A stretch of 64,000 nt of DNA, from assembly GCA_963676395.1 (NCBI GenBank), contig OY781066.1:1248001-1312000 (forward strand), given 5' to 3'. Of this stretch, positions 47,249-55,705 are shown in pieces. The DNA comes from a bacterium. Lineage in GTDB: Bacteria; Fidelibacterota; Fidelibacteria; Fidelibacterales; Fidelibacteraceae. Position numbers and translations under genes: made by a program. Each line of letters begins with the position of its first letter. Position 1 is the first letter of the stretch. The notes under the pieces were generated by a model. That model saw only the letters and a program-made list of their open reading frames with translations. It was not told the origin of the DNA and did no database searches.

Positions 47249-48298
47249 ATGAATATTATTAAACGATCAATCATCTTATTGGCCGTTCTGAGTCTAAGCT
47301 TCCTTTTTGCTCAGACAGATCCTATAGATATTCCTACCGATGTTTCTAAGGTAGGTACACACGCTGCTCAATTTTTAAAATTGGAAGTTGGTGCAAAAGC
47401 TGCTTCATTGGGTGGTGCGTATGTCGCGGGTGTAAGTGATCTTACTGCATTGCATTGGAATCCAGCCGGTTTATCAAAGGTTGGCCAACAGTCGGTATAT
47501 GGAACTTATATGAATTTATATGCAGGTATTCAGCATGGTTTTGTGGCCTATGGTACGCAGCTCGGCCGCTCTGATTACTTTGGAGTAAGTGCTACATACT
47601 TAAATTCCGGTCAAATGGAAGTAACAAATATAAATTTTCCCGAAGGCTCGGGACAGTTCTTTTCTGTTAGCGATATTGCCATTGGTTTGAGTTATGCAAG
47701 AAATCTAACCGATCGCTTGAGTGTTGGCGCAACCGTTAAATTTGTGAATGAAACGATTTGGCGTGAAAGCGCTTCAGCATTTGCTTTTGATATTGGTTCA
47801 CAGTTTGATACAGGTATTCTTGGAATTAAGCTTGGAATGGCCGTAACGAATTTCAGTACAAAATTTCAATTTCACGGTCCCGACTTGTTAGTTCCCGTAG
47901 ATACTGATGATCAATATGCTGGTAATCCCGAAACTGATGCGTATTTGGCAACAGAAGAATGGGCTTTGCCTTTAGTGTTCAGGCTTGGTATTATGGTTGA
48001 CATGGTGGGGCCAAATTCAGAGATCTTAAAAAATCGTGATCACCGGGTAACATTTTCATTCGATGGAAATGATCCATTGGACCATTATTTGAGATTCAAT
48101 ACGGGAATGGAATATTGCTTCCAGGAAATGTTCGCATTGCGTATGGGATACCACCTAAACTATGATAAGGCTTCCTTTTCAGCCGGTGTAGGCTTGAAAA
48201 TGAATGTTAATAGTATGCCTTTGAATATTGACTATGCTGTAGTAAATTATGGTACTTTAGGACTGGTTAATCAGGTAAGTATTCAAGTAGGAATATAA
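47249..48298 (+). CDS. PorV/PorQ-family (FadL-like) outer-membrane beta-barrel
   Basis: AAQFLKLEVGAKAASLGGA, ALHWNPAGL, FDIG, LPLVFRLG, IDYA. Confidence 0.85.
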   Translation: MNIIKRSIILLAVLSLSFLFAQTDPIDIPTDVSKVGTHAAQFLKLEVGAKAASLGGAYVAGVSDLTALHWNPAGLSKVGQQSVYGTYMNLYAGIQHGFVAYGTQLGRSDYFGVSATYLNSGQMEVTNINFPEGSGQFFSVSDIAIGLSYARNLTDRLSVGATVKFVNETIWRESASAFAFDIGSQFDTGILGIKLGMAVTNFSTKFQFHGPDLLVPVDTDDQYAGNPETDAYLATEEWALPLVFRLGIMVDMVGPNSEILKNRDHRVTFSFDGNDPLDHYLRFNTGMEYCFQEMFALRMGYHLNYDKASFSAGVGLKMNVNSMPLNIDYAVVNYGTLGLVNQVSIQVGI

Positions 48299-48331
48299 AT
48301 AAAGAAAAAAACTTGAGAAAGGAGAACTCAC

Positions 48332-51205
48332 ATGAAACGTGTAGTTGCTTTGTTATTGATTGCTTCTGTTGTATTGTTTGCAGCAGTAGCTCCTCAAAGT
48401 TCTCTCAAGAACGCCAACGAATTACAACGGGTAAAAACAACAACAAATGCTGTTGCTAAAACTACTCCCGTAATTAATTCGGATGTAAAAACTCGTGATA
48501 TCAATTTAAGTAATGCTCCGGCATTAGCAGTTGATCCATCAGTTGTTACAATTGTGTATCTTGAAGACTTTGAAAACGGTGCTAATGGTTGGACTCAGTT
48601 CGACGGCACAGCTCCCGATCCTCTTGCTGAATGGCATTTGGATGATTTCCAAACCGGAGACTCGCTATGGTGGTGTGGAGCTTACTCGGTGGGTGGTTAT
48701 TTGAGTAATTGGAATGTTGCTCTTGAAACTCCTGAAATTGTTTTGACTGCTGGAGATTCAACGCTATCTTTTCAATTGAATCTTCACGTTGAAAGTCCGG
48801 GCGGTGAGCCTGAGGGTTATGATGCCTGGGATGGAGCTAACGTTCAAATCACAAACGATGGTGGTGCCACTTGGACAGTTTTAAATCCAACAGGCGTTCC
48901 TTATAATGCTTCAAGCTTGTATTCATTCGGATATATTTTCGAGATGGGTCCGGGACAACCCGGTTGGGCCGGTGCCGTTTCCGGTGAAGCAGAAGTTGAT
49001 CTAGGTGCATATATTGGCGATACTGTAAAACTTCGTTTTGTATTTTGTTCTGATGGTGGTTTTGACGCAAGTGATGATGGCAGCATGTTTGGCATGGAAA
49101 TTGATTCGATTGATGTTGCCGGTGACGCAACCTATAATGGTTCGGTAACCGATGGTTTAACATCAGTATGGGCCGGTCCTGTCGCTTCGGGTGCATACTG
49201 GGCAATTGAAGATAGAGTTGATTCTATTCCTTCGCCTACACATGTTCTTCGTAACTGGGTAAATGGCGATACAACATATGCTCGTAATCTTGAAGATTAC
49301 TACGTGTCACCTACAATCACTCTTCCCGATGAACCTGCAACATTGATCTATTGTGATTTTGATTTTTGGGCAGATTTTCAGGATGAAGTTGGTGAGTTTC
49401 CCGCCACAGAATATTGGCGTTTAGAATATTCTACGGATGATGGTGAAACTTGGTTCGGTATTTCTGAAATAGAGGGTGAAAACTTTGTTTATAGTGAAAG
49501 AATTCCCCAATGGTATGCTTTTACCACCGCATATGATGCATCATGTAATCTAACTGATTTTGCAGGTCAAGATATAAAATTTCGTTTTTACTTCCGTTCA
49601 GATGAAGATAAACCCGGTGGTCAGGGCCTGATGATAGATGATTTTGTTGTTTATACAAAGCCAGATCTTCCTATTCCGCAGAATGTTACCGCTACCCTTA
49701 ATGCCGGTGATGTAGATGTTGCATGGCAAGATATGAATGCTACTTATCAGCTTCCTAAATCATGGATGGGGCTAGAAGCCGTTGATTATGCTTATTATAT
49801 GCCCGGTGCTTCAGGTGCTTTTTCATCTTTACCGGATACCACTGGTAGTTCTTGGGCAATGTCATATTCCACCGATGGAAAAGATATTACATTTACAAGC
49901 TTAGATTATGTTTTTGCTAATAATAATCCTAGTAATGATAGTGTTCAAATCGTTCTATGGGGAATTGATACAGCCGGATATCATCCATTATATATTTCTG
50001 ATGTTTTTGTTCCCGATGCTGTAACATCTCAGCAATCCATTGACATATCTTCAGAAGGTGTGGTTTGGAATGGCGATTTTGAAGTTGAAGTGTTTTGGGT
50101 TTCAAATTCTACATATCCTTTGACATTTGCTGGAGATGGGGAAGGTACAATTTATGTCCCGGGTGCCGGTTATTATAGTGTTAGCTATTCAGTGCCATTT
50201 GGAGCTTCCGGATACGGTGAAGTTACATATAGTGGTCTAGAATACAATCTGTTCCGTCGCGTTGCTTCACAATCTGTTCCTGTTGAAATTGCAACTGGAT
50301 TGACTTCAAATTCATATACAGATGAAGACGCTGATAATTTTGTTGAATATGAATATACAGTAGCCTGTGCAACACCTTCTTTTACCGGTAACGTTAGCAG
50401 TGGTGCTTCAGTATTTGTATATCCTCCTGACGTAGAAGAGGCAAAACACGATGATGGTACTTTTGAAGCTGTTTGGGCACTTGGCATGGACACAACAGTT
50501 GTTGTGAAAATTACTCCTACAGCATATCCCGCAACACTTGAAGCTGTTCGTTTTAATGCTTTGTGGGCCGGCGATGCCTATAAAATAAAGATCTTTAAAG
50601 ATGATAACGGAATGCCCGGTGATTCATGGTTGATGATCGAACCTCCTGTTACAGCTATTGCAGGTTGGAATGCATTTAGTGTTCTCAATCCTTTGACTGT
50701 TGATAACGGAAACGGTGTTGTACTTCGTGATGGTGAATCCTGCTGGATTGGTGTTAAAGGTGCAACAGCTGCTGAGCGCGCTTGGCTTGCTGCAGATACA
50801 AGTTCATTTTCCGGAATGGCTGCAATGCAGGTACCTGGTGGCGGTTGGGCTTCAGTAGCACCATTTATGATGGCTAACCCCATGATCCGTGGTTATTTTG
50901 ATACAAGTATCGATACAACTTCAATCGAAGATTTTGTACCGACAGAATACGTTCTGAATCAGAACTATCCTAACCCCTTCAACCCCGTTACTACAATTCA
51001 TTTTGAATTGAAAGAAAGTGGCATGACAAAAGTAGACATCTTTGATGTTGCGGGTCGTCACGTACGCACTCTTTTGAACGGTACTGTTGATGCTGGTGCA
51101 TATGATCTGAATTTTGATGCTTCTGCATTATCAAGTGGTGTTTATTTCTATCGCTTGACTTCAGGTTCTTTCACCGATATTAAGAAAATGTCATTGCTTA
51201 AATAA
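48332..51205 (+). CDS. Secreted multi-jelly-roll (MAM/cleaved-adhesin-like) protein with FN3 and T9SS type-A CTD
   Basis: Two repeats of ..DGG.TW...RF.F.SD....G..ID; QNYPNPFNP...SGVYFYRL...KMSLLK; no HExxH seen. Confidence 0.8.
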   Translation: MKRVVALLLIASVVLFAAVAPQSSLKNANELQRVKTTTNAVAKTTPVINSDVKTRDINLSNAPALAVDPSVVTIVYLEDFENGANGWTQFDGTAPDPLAEWHLDDFQTGDSLWWCGAYSVGGYLSNWNVALETPEIVLTAGDSTLSFQLNLHVESPGGEPEGYDAWDGANVQITNDGGATWTVLNPTGVPYNASSLYSFGYIFEMGPGQPGWAGAVSGEAEVDLGAYIGDTVKLRFVFCSDGGFDASDDGSMFGMEIDSIDVAGDATYNGSVTDGLTSVWAGPVASGAYWAIEDRVDSIPSPTHVLRNWVNGDTTYARNLEDYYVSPTITLPDEPATLIYCDFDFWADFQDEVGEFPATEYWRLEYSTDDGETWFGISEIEGENFVYSERIPQWYAFTTAYDASCNLTDFAGQDIKFRFYFRSDEDKPGGQGLMIDDFVVYTKPDLPIPQNVTATLNAGDVDVAWQDMNATYQLPKSWMGLEAVDYAYYMPGASGAFSSLPDTTGSSWAMSYSTDGKDITFTSLDYVFANNNPSNDSVQIVLWGIDTAGYHPLYISDVFVPDAVTSQQSIDISSEGVVWNGDFEVEVFWVSNSTYPLTFAGDGEGTIYVPGAGYYSVSYSVPFGASGYGEVTYSGLEYNLFRRVASQSVPVEIATGLTSNSYTDEDADNFVEYEYTVACATPSFTGNVSSGASVFVYPPDVEEAKHDDGTFEAVWALGMDTTVVVKITPTAYPATLEAVRFNALWAGDAYKIKIFKDDNGMPGDSWLMIEPPVTAIAGWNAFSVLNPLTVDNGNGVVLRDGESCWIGVKGATAAERAWLAADTSSFSGMAAMQVPGGGWASVAPFMMANPMIRGYFDTSIDTTSIEDFVPTEYVLNQNYPNPFNPVTTIHFELKESGMTKVDIFDVAGRHVRTLLNGTVDAGAYDLNFDASALSSGVYFYRLTSGSFTDIKKMSLLK

Positions 51206-51225
51206 GCGAATAGGACATAGATATG

Positions 51226-51259
51226 AAAAGCCCGGATGTATTTCCGGGCTTTTTGTTTT
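51226..51259 (+). terminator. Intrinsic terminator
   Basis: AAAAGCCCGGA-N6-TCCGGGCTTTT followed by Ts. Confidence 0.9.
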
Positions 51260-51400
51260 ATGCTTTTTTAATGTATTATAGCCTGGTATTTAAACTCGTG
51301 GCTTTTGTGAAGGTTTTAAAACGGTATCTGCATATTTAGCTCTTTACCCATGCAAATAAATTTATTATACTTAGAGTCTAATCAAAAAATGGAATGATAT

Positions 51401-54400
51401 ATGAAAAAAACCTTGAAAATCATAATGTTAGTGACTTTGTCGCTGAGTGTAGCCTTTGCTGTTGAGGCTTACTATGCAAATCAATATCTCTTCAATTTGA
51501 ATGCTGATGAGATGCCTTTAACAAAAGAGCAAATGCAAACGTTAAAGACACCTTATCCGCATTTAAATAAATTAATAAAGAAATATGATGTGGTTCGTAT
51601 AGAGCCATGGTTAAAACATGCTAAAGCAGATGAATCGTTTGATGGGGTATATTTAAACAGGGTTTATCGTTTGGTTACTTCTGCAATACAACCCGCTCCT
51701 CTTTTAATCGCAGATGAAATTGCTTCATCATCAAAAAAAATTATGAATGCCGAACCTGAAGCGATCATGCGAACATCTTCTGCTATACCTAATGACCCGG
51801 GTATGGGTAAGCAGTGGTTCTTGCATAAAGCAAACGTACCGGATGCTTGGAAACTATGGAACTTGGAAGCGGGAGAAGTGCCAGGTGATAGAAGTATAGT
51901 TGTGGCTGTTGTTGACGATGGTGTGGAATATACTCACCCGGATTTATGGAAAAACATATGGATTAATCAGGATGAGATATCTGCAACATATTTTGGACTA
52001 ATTGACACAGATGCAAATGGATTTGTTACGCCAGAAGAAGCTGTTGCTTTTACCGGTGATCTGAATGGAAATGGGAAAGCTGATCTTAGAGATGTGTTGT
52101 CCTCCATGTCACCTCTAACTGATGGTGTAGATAATGATAGCGATGGTTATATTGATAATATCATTGGTTGGGACACTAACGAATCAGGACGTTCCTCTGA
52201 TGATGATAAAGATCCAATGGTAACGAATAATTCTCATGGAACACATGTTGCAGGTCTTGTTGGAGCAACAAGCAATAATGGCGTTGGGGTTGCATCTGCT
52301 GCTTATAATATTTCTATTATGGCCGTAAAGGCGACCGGAGACGAAACGGTTTTAAGTATTAATACGGGATATGATGGTATGTTGTATGCAGCTCAGGCCG
52401 GAGCCGATATTATTAATTGTTCTTGGGGTGGTCCGGGCTATAACTCCTATGCCCAAACTCTTATATATACCATCACAAACACCTATGGTTCTTTAATGAT
52501 CGCTGCAGCCGGTAACGGTGACGATTACGGGAATCCGGATGATACACCGCACTATCCTTCTGGCTACGATAATGTTATATCTGTAACGGCAGTATCTTCT
52601 TCAGATGTTTTTTCATGGGCGAATTATGGAGCGGCTGATGGGAATTTTAAAGGCATTGATATTTCAGCGCCCGGCGAAAGCTTGTATAGCACCTATTTAA
52701 CAAAAGATAATCCATATGCTTATTTGACCGGAACTTCTATGGCGTCACCCTTCGTGGCTTCATGTTTTGCTTTACTTAAGTCGGTTTATCCCGATAGTTC
52801 AAATGAATGGTTGACTGAACGTATGCTAAACAATACTGATCCTATAGATCATTTAAATCCTGATTTCGCCGGTGAACTGGGGAGAGGCCGAGTTAATATG
52901 CTAAAAGCTTTGGTATTTGATAAATGGCCAAACTTGAGCGTAGCGAAACTTAATCAAAGTATTGGATCTGGAGATGGTGATTCTATTTTGAATCCGGGTG
53001 AAACCGTTGATGTAAACCTAGAGTTGATGAATGATAGTGGTTGGACTCAAGCATCTCAGGTTTCAGGAGTATTATCAACTGATGAAGAAGGTGTTTTGCT
53101 TTTAGATTCTATTGCTTCTTGGTCATCAATTTCTTCCGGTAGCAGTTTGCTTAATGAAGGGAATGGTTTTAAAATTCAGTTTGATTCTGATGCAGAGATA
53201 AAAACCTATAGTTTTAATCTTGATTTGCTTTCGAATGAAGCCGGTAGTTTTCCATATCGCAAAACTTTAAAGATTAATATTGACCTTTCACTTGTTCAAG
53301 AAGGTTTTCCATTTTATGCAAAGACTGAGGTAGAGGCAGGTGTTGTTTGCGCTGATGTTAATGATAATGGAAATCAAGAGATCATTTTTGCAGATAAGAG
53401 TGGTTACTTATATATAATTGACGCCATGGGCGATACACTTCCTAATTTTCCTATTGCTCTGGGCTCACAACCCGGTGGTATAGCAGTCGCTGATATTGAT
53501 CTGGATGATACGCTTGAGATCGTGACTACTTTGTTTGATAAAAAGGTTCAGGTATATGATGTAAGCGGAAAAAAAGAATGGTCACGTAAAGCAGGGCTTT
53601 TTATTACCGGATTGCCCGCTATTGGTAATTTGGATGCCGATCCCGAACTCGAAGTTGTTTTTACTGCCTATGATCAAAAAATATACGCTGTAAATCATGA
53701 CAGTACTGATGTTCCGGGTTTCCCATATTTAACAGGACAATTGCTTCATAGCGGTCCCTCTTTAGCAGATATAAATGGCGATGGGAAAGATAATATTATC
53801 GTTGCTTCAAAAGGTGGGCAATGTCTTGTATTGAATAGTGATACAACCCCTATGACTTCATGGCCGGTAAATGGATTAGGCTCAATTATCGCGGAGCCAC
53901 AGGTAATACTGGGTAATGATACTTCTGCAGTAATACTTGTTGGTAACGAAGGTGGAGATATATATGCATTAAATATCGATGGTAGCCAAAGGTTTAGTGT
54001 TAATGGTTCCGGTTCAATTAGAACATCTCCTGCATTATATTTTGATGGAGGAGAAGCTTTTGCATTTTTTGCTACAACGACAGGCAATATTTATAAAATA
54101 GATTTAAATACCGGAGACCTGGTAGAATCATGGCCAAAAACGATTGCATCACAATTGTATCATTCTTTAACTATTTGTGATATACCCGTAGAAGGAAGCA
54201 TGACCCCTTGTATTCTTGCTATGGGTAACAATGGAAAACTTTATACCATGGATTTGAATGGAAATTCTGTAGGGAATAATTTTCCCTTGGATACGAAGTA
54301 TTTATCAAAATCTTCACCGGTCCTAAGTGATATAGATGCTGATGGTGATTTAGATATTATTACCGGAAACTATTCGGGTGTTACTGTTCAGGATTTAAAA

Positions 54401-54769
54401 ACCATTATGGGTACCAATTATTGGCCGATGCATAAGGGTAGTGCAGATAGACGAGGATCTGTAAGTCAAATGTTAACGTCAGTCGATGATGGGTCAATCT
54501 TGGCAAACACGTTTGAATTAATGGGTAATTATCCCAACCCTTTTAATCCAACTACCATGATCAGATTTACTATTCCTTCAATATCGACAATGACATTGAA
54601 AGTATATTCCTTAGATGGTAAGGAAGTATATTCAAAGGCATATCAAAACATGAGCGCCGGAGTCAATGAAATTGATCTTAATATGAATAGCTTTGCTTCA
54701 GGTCTATACATCTATTCCTTGCGTTTCGGTGATCTTGTTAAAAACTCTAAAATGATCTTAATGAAATAA
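51401..54769 (+). CDS. S8 subtilisin-like serine protease with FG-GAP/VCBS repeats and T9SS type-A CTD
   Basis: Catalytic triad VAVVDDGV, HGTHVAG, GTSMASP; ADxxxDGxxEI repeats; NYPNPFNP...SGLYIY...KMILMK. Confidence 0.93.
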   Translation: MKKTLKIIMLVTLSLSVAFAVEAYYANQYLFNLNADEMPLTKEQMQTLKTPYPHLNKLIKKYDVVRIEPWLKHAKADESFDGVYLNRVYRLVTSAIQPAPLLIADEIASSSKKIMNAEPEAIMRTSSAIPNDPGMGKQWFLHKANVPDAWKLWNLEAGEVPGDRSIVVAVVDDGVEYTHPDLWKNIWINQDEISATYFGLIDTDANGFVTPEEAVAFTGDLNGNGKADLRDVLSSMSPLTDGVDNDSDGYIDNIIGWDTNESGRSSDDDKDPMVTNNSHGTHVAGLVGATSNNGVGVASAAYNISIMAVKATGDETVLSINTGYDGMLYAAQAGADIINCSWGGPGYNSYAQTLIYTITNTYGSLMIAAAGNGDDYGNPDDTPHYPSGYDNVISVTAVSSSDVFSWANYGAADGNFKGIDISAPGESLYSTYLTKDNPYAYLTGTSMASPFVASCFALLKSVYPDSSNEWLTERMLNNTDPIDHLNPDFAGELGRGRVNMLKALVFDKWPNLSVAKLNQSIGSGDGDSILNPGETVDVNLELMNDSGWTQASQVSGVLSTDEEGVLLLDSIASWSSISSGSSLLNEGNGFKIQFDSDAEIKTYSFNLDLLSNEAGSFPYRKTLKINIDLSLVQEGFPFYAKTEVEAGVVCADVNDNGNQEIIFADKSGYLYIIDAMGDTLPNFPIALGSQPGGIAVADIDLDDTLEIVTTLFDKKVQVYDVSGKKEWSRKAGLFITGLPAIGNLDADPELEVVFTAYDQKIYAVNHDSTDVPGFPYLTGQLLHSGPSLADINGDGKDNIIVASKGGQCLVLNSDTTPMTSWPVNGLGSIIAEPQVILGNDTSAVILVGNEGGDIYALNIDGSQRFSVNGSGSIRTSPALYFDGGEAFAFFATTTGNIYKIDLNTGDLVESWPKTIASQLYHSLTICDIPVEGSMTPCILAMGNNGKLYTMDLNGNSVGNNFPLDTKYLSKSSPVLSDIDADGDLDIITGNYSGVTVQDLKTIMGTNYWPMHKGSADRRGSVSQMLTSVDDGSILANTFELMGNYPNPFNPTTMIRFTIPSISTMTLKVYSLDGKEVYSKAYQNMSAGVNEIDLNMNSFASGLYIYSLRFGDLVKNSKMILMK

Positions 54770-54778
54770 TTGAGTAGA

Positions 54779-54878
54779 CGGTAAACGGTAATCTGTGGTT
54801 TAAGTATCGAACATTAAATAATGTTTTCGGTTTAATTTGATGAGTTCTAGTTAATTAATCTCCGATCACCGATTACCG
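54779..54878. repeat. Inverted heptamer-repeat element
   Basis: CGGTAAACGGTAATC ... GATCACCGATTACCG (13 of 15 complementary). Confidence 0.55.
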
Positions 54879-54888
54879 AAAATATTAC

Positions 54889-54917
54889 TTGCAAAACAAT
54901 TTCAATCATCTTATAAT
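54889..54917 (+). promoter_or_regulatory. sigma70 promoter of tRNA-Val
   Basis: TTGCAA-N17-TATAAT. Confidence 0.75.
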
Positions 54918-54934
54918 TACGGGCTTGACATTTC

Positions 54935-55009
54935 GGGCGCTTAGCTCAGTTGGTTCAGAGCACCTGCCTTACAAGCAGGGGGTCACAGGTTCGAGTCCTG
55001 TAGCGCCCA
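54935..55009 (+). tRNA. tRNA-Val(TAC)
   Basis: Cloverleaf with GGGCGCT/AGCGCCC acceptor stem, CCTGC-CTTACAA-GCAGG anticodon arm and GGTTCGA; CCA not encoded. Confidence 0.97.
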
Positions 55010-55016
55010 CACCCAT

Positions 55017-55040
55017 AACCGTCTATTAGACGGTTTTTTT
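55017..55040 (+). terminator. Intrinsic terminator
   Basis: AACCGTCT-ATT-AGACGGTT followed by a T tract. Confidence 0.88.
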
Positions 55041-55113
55041 ATTTTGGAACAAATATTTTAAAGTAATATTTAATTTCTTATGTATAAATACGGGGTGTAA
55101 GGTGCCAATAAAT

Positions 55114-55524
55114 ATGAAAAAAATATGGTCAATGATAAATGCATTGCTTTTAGTGTTGATATTTTTGCTAATTTTGTTAGTCCCTGAGAGATTGTTTGTT
55201 TTTGACAACAACCTTTGTGTGTTTGAAATTGCCGTTATTGTCGTTTTGCTTTCCAATGCTTTATTTTTCTTAGTAAATTTCATTTTGTCATTTGTTAAAA
55301 TTCAAAGAGTCAAGCCATGTATGGGGTCAGCTATATTTGATCTTCTTCTCTCCGGGTTTTCAATTTTGCTTTTAATGGTAATTAAGGTAATGTCGGATGA
55401 GATTGCACGCGAATGGGATCCAATGAGTGCCTCTATTTGGTCAGAGGGGGAATTTTTTATACTCCTGGTGGCATTTTTAATGATTATGGCGGTGCAACTG
55501 ATTAATTATATTCGCAGGGAATGA
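55114..55524 (+). CDS. Hypothetical 4-TM membrane protein
   Basis: Four hydrophobic segments and KVMSDEIAREW; family not recognised. Confidence 0.6.
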   Translation: MKKIWSMINALLLVLIFLLILLVPERLFVFDNNLCVFEIAVIVVLLSNALFFLVNFILSFVKIQRVKPCMGSAIFDLLLSGFSILLLMVIKVMSDEIAREWDPMSASIWSEGEFFILLVAFLMIMAVQLINYIRRE

Positions 55525-55705
55525 TTTTTTTGAACGTTTTCTGAAAATAATTTAAACTTATTATTTAATCTTGGTTTTTTACCTGTATCTTGAAAAATAC
55601 CTCATCATTAAGCCTAAAGTCACGTTGTATCGAATGATTTACGAATTAAAGGTTTTATCGTTACTTATTTACACTTAAATTAGCTTTGAGAATATGGAGT
55701 TTATA

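Noticed and set aside
48332..51205. Immune inhibitor A (M6) metalloprotease
   Set aside because: It shares accessory jelly-roll-type domains, but I found no HExxH zinc motif.
54935..55524. Genomic island integrated at tRNA-Val
   Set aside because: No integrase and no duplicated tRNA 3' end seen; only one small membrane gene follows.
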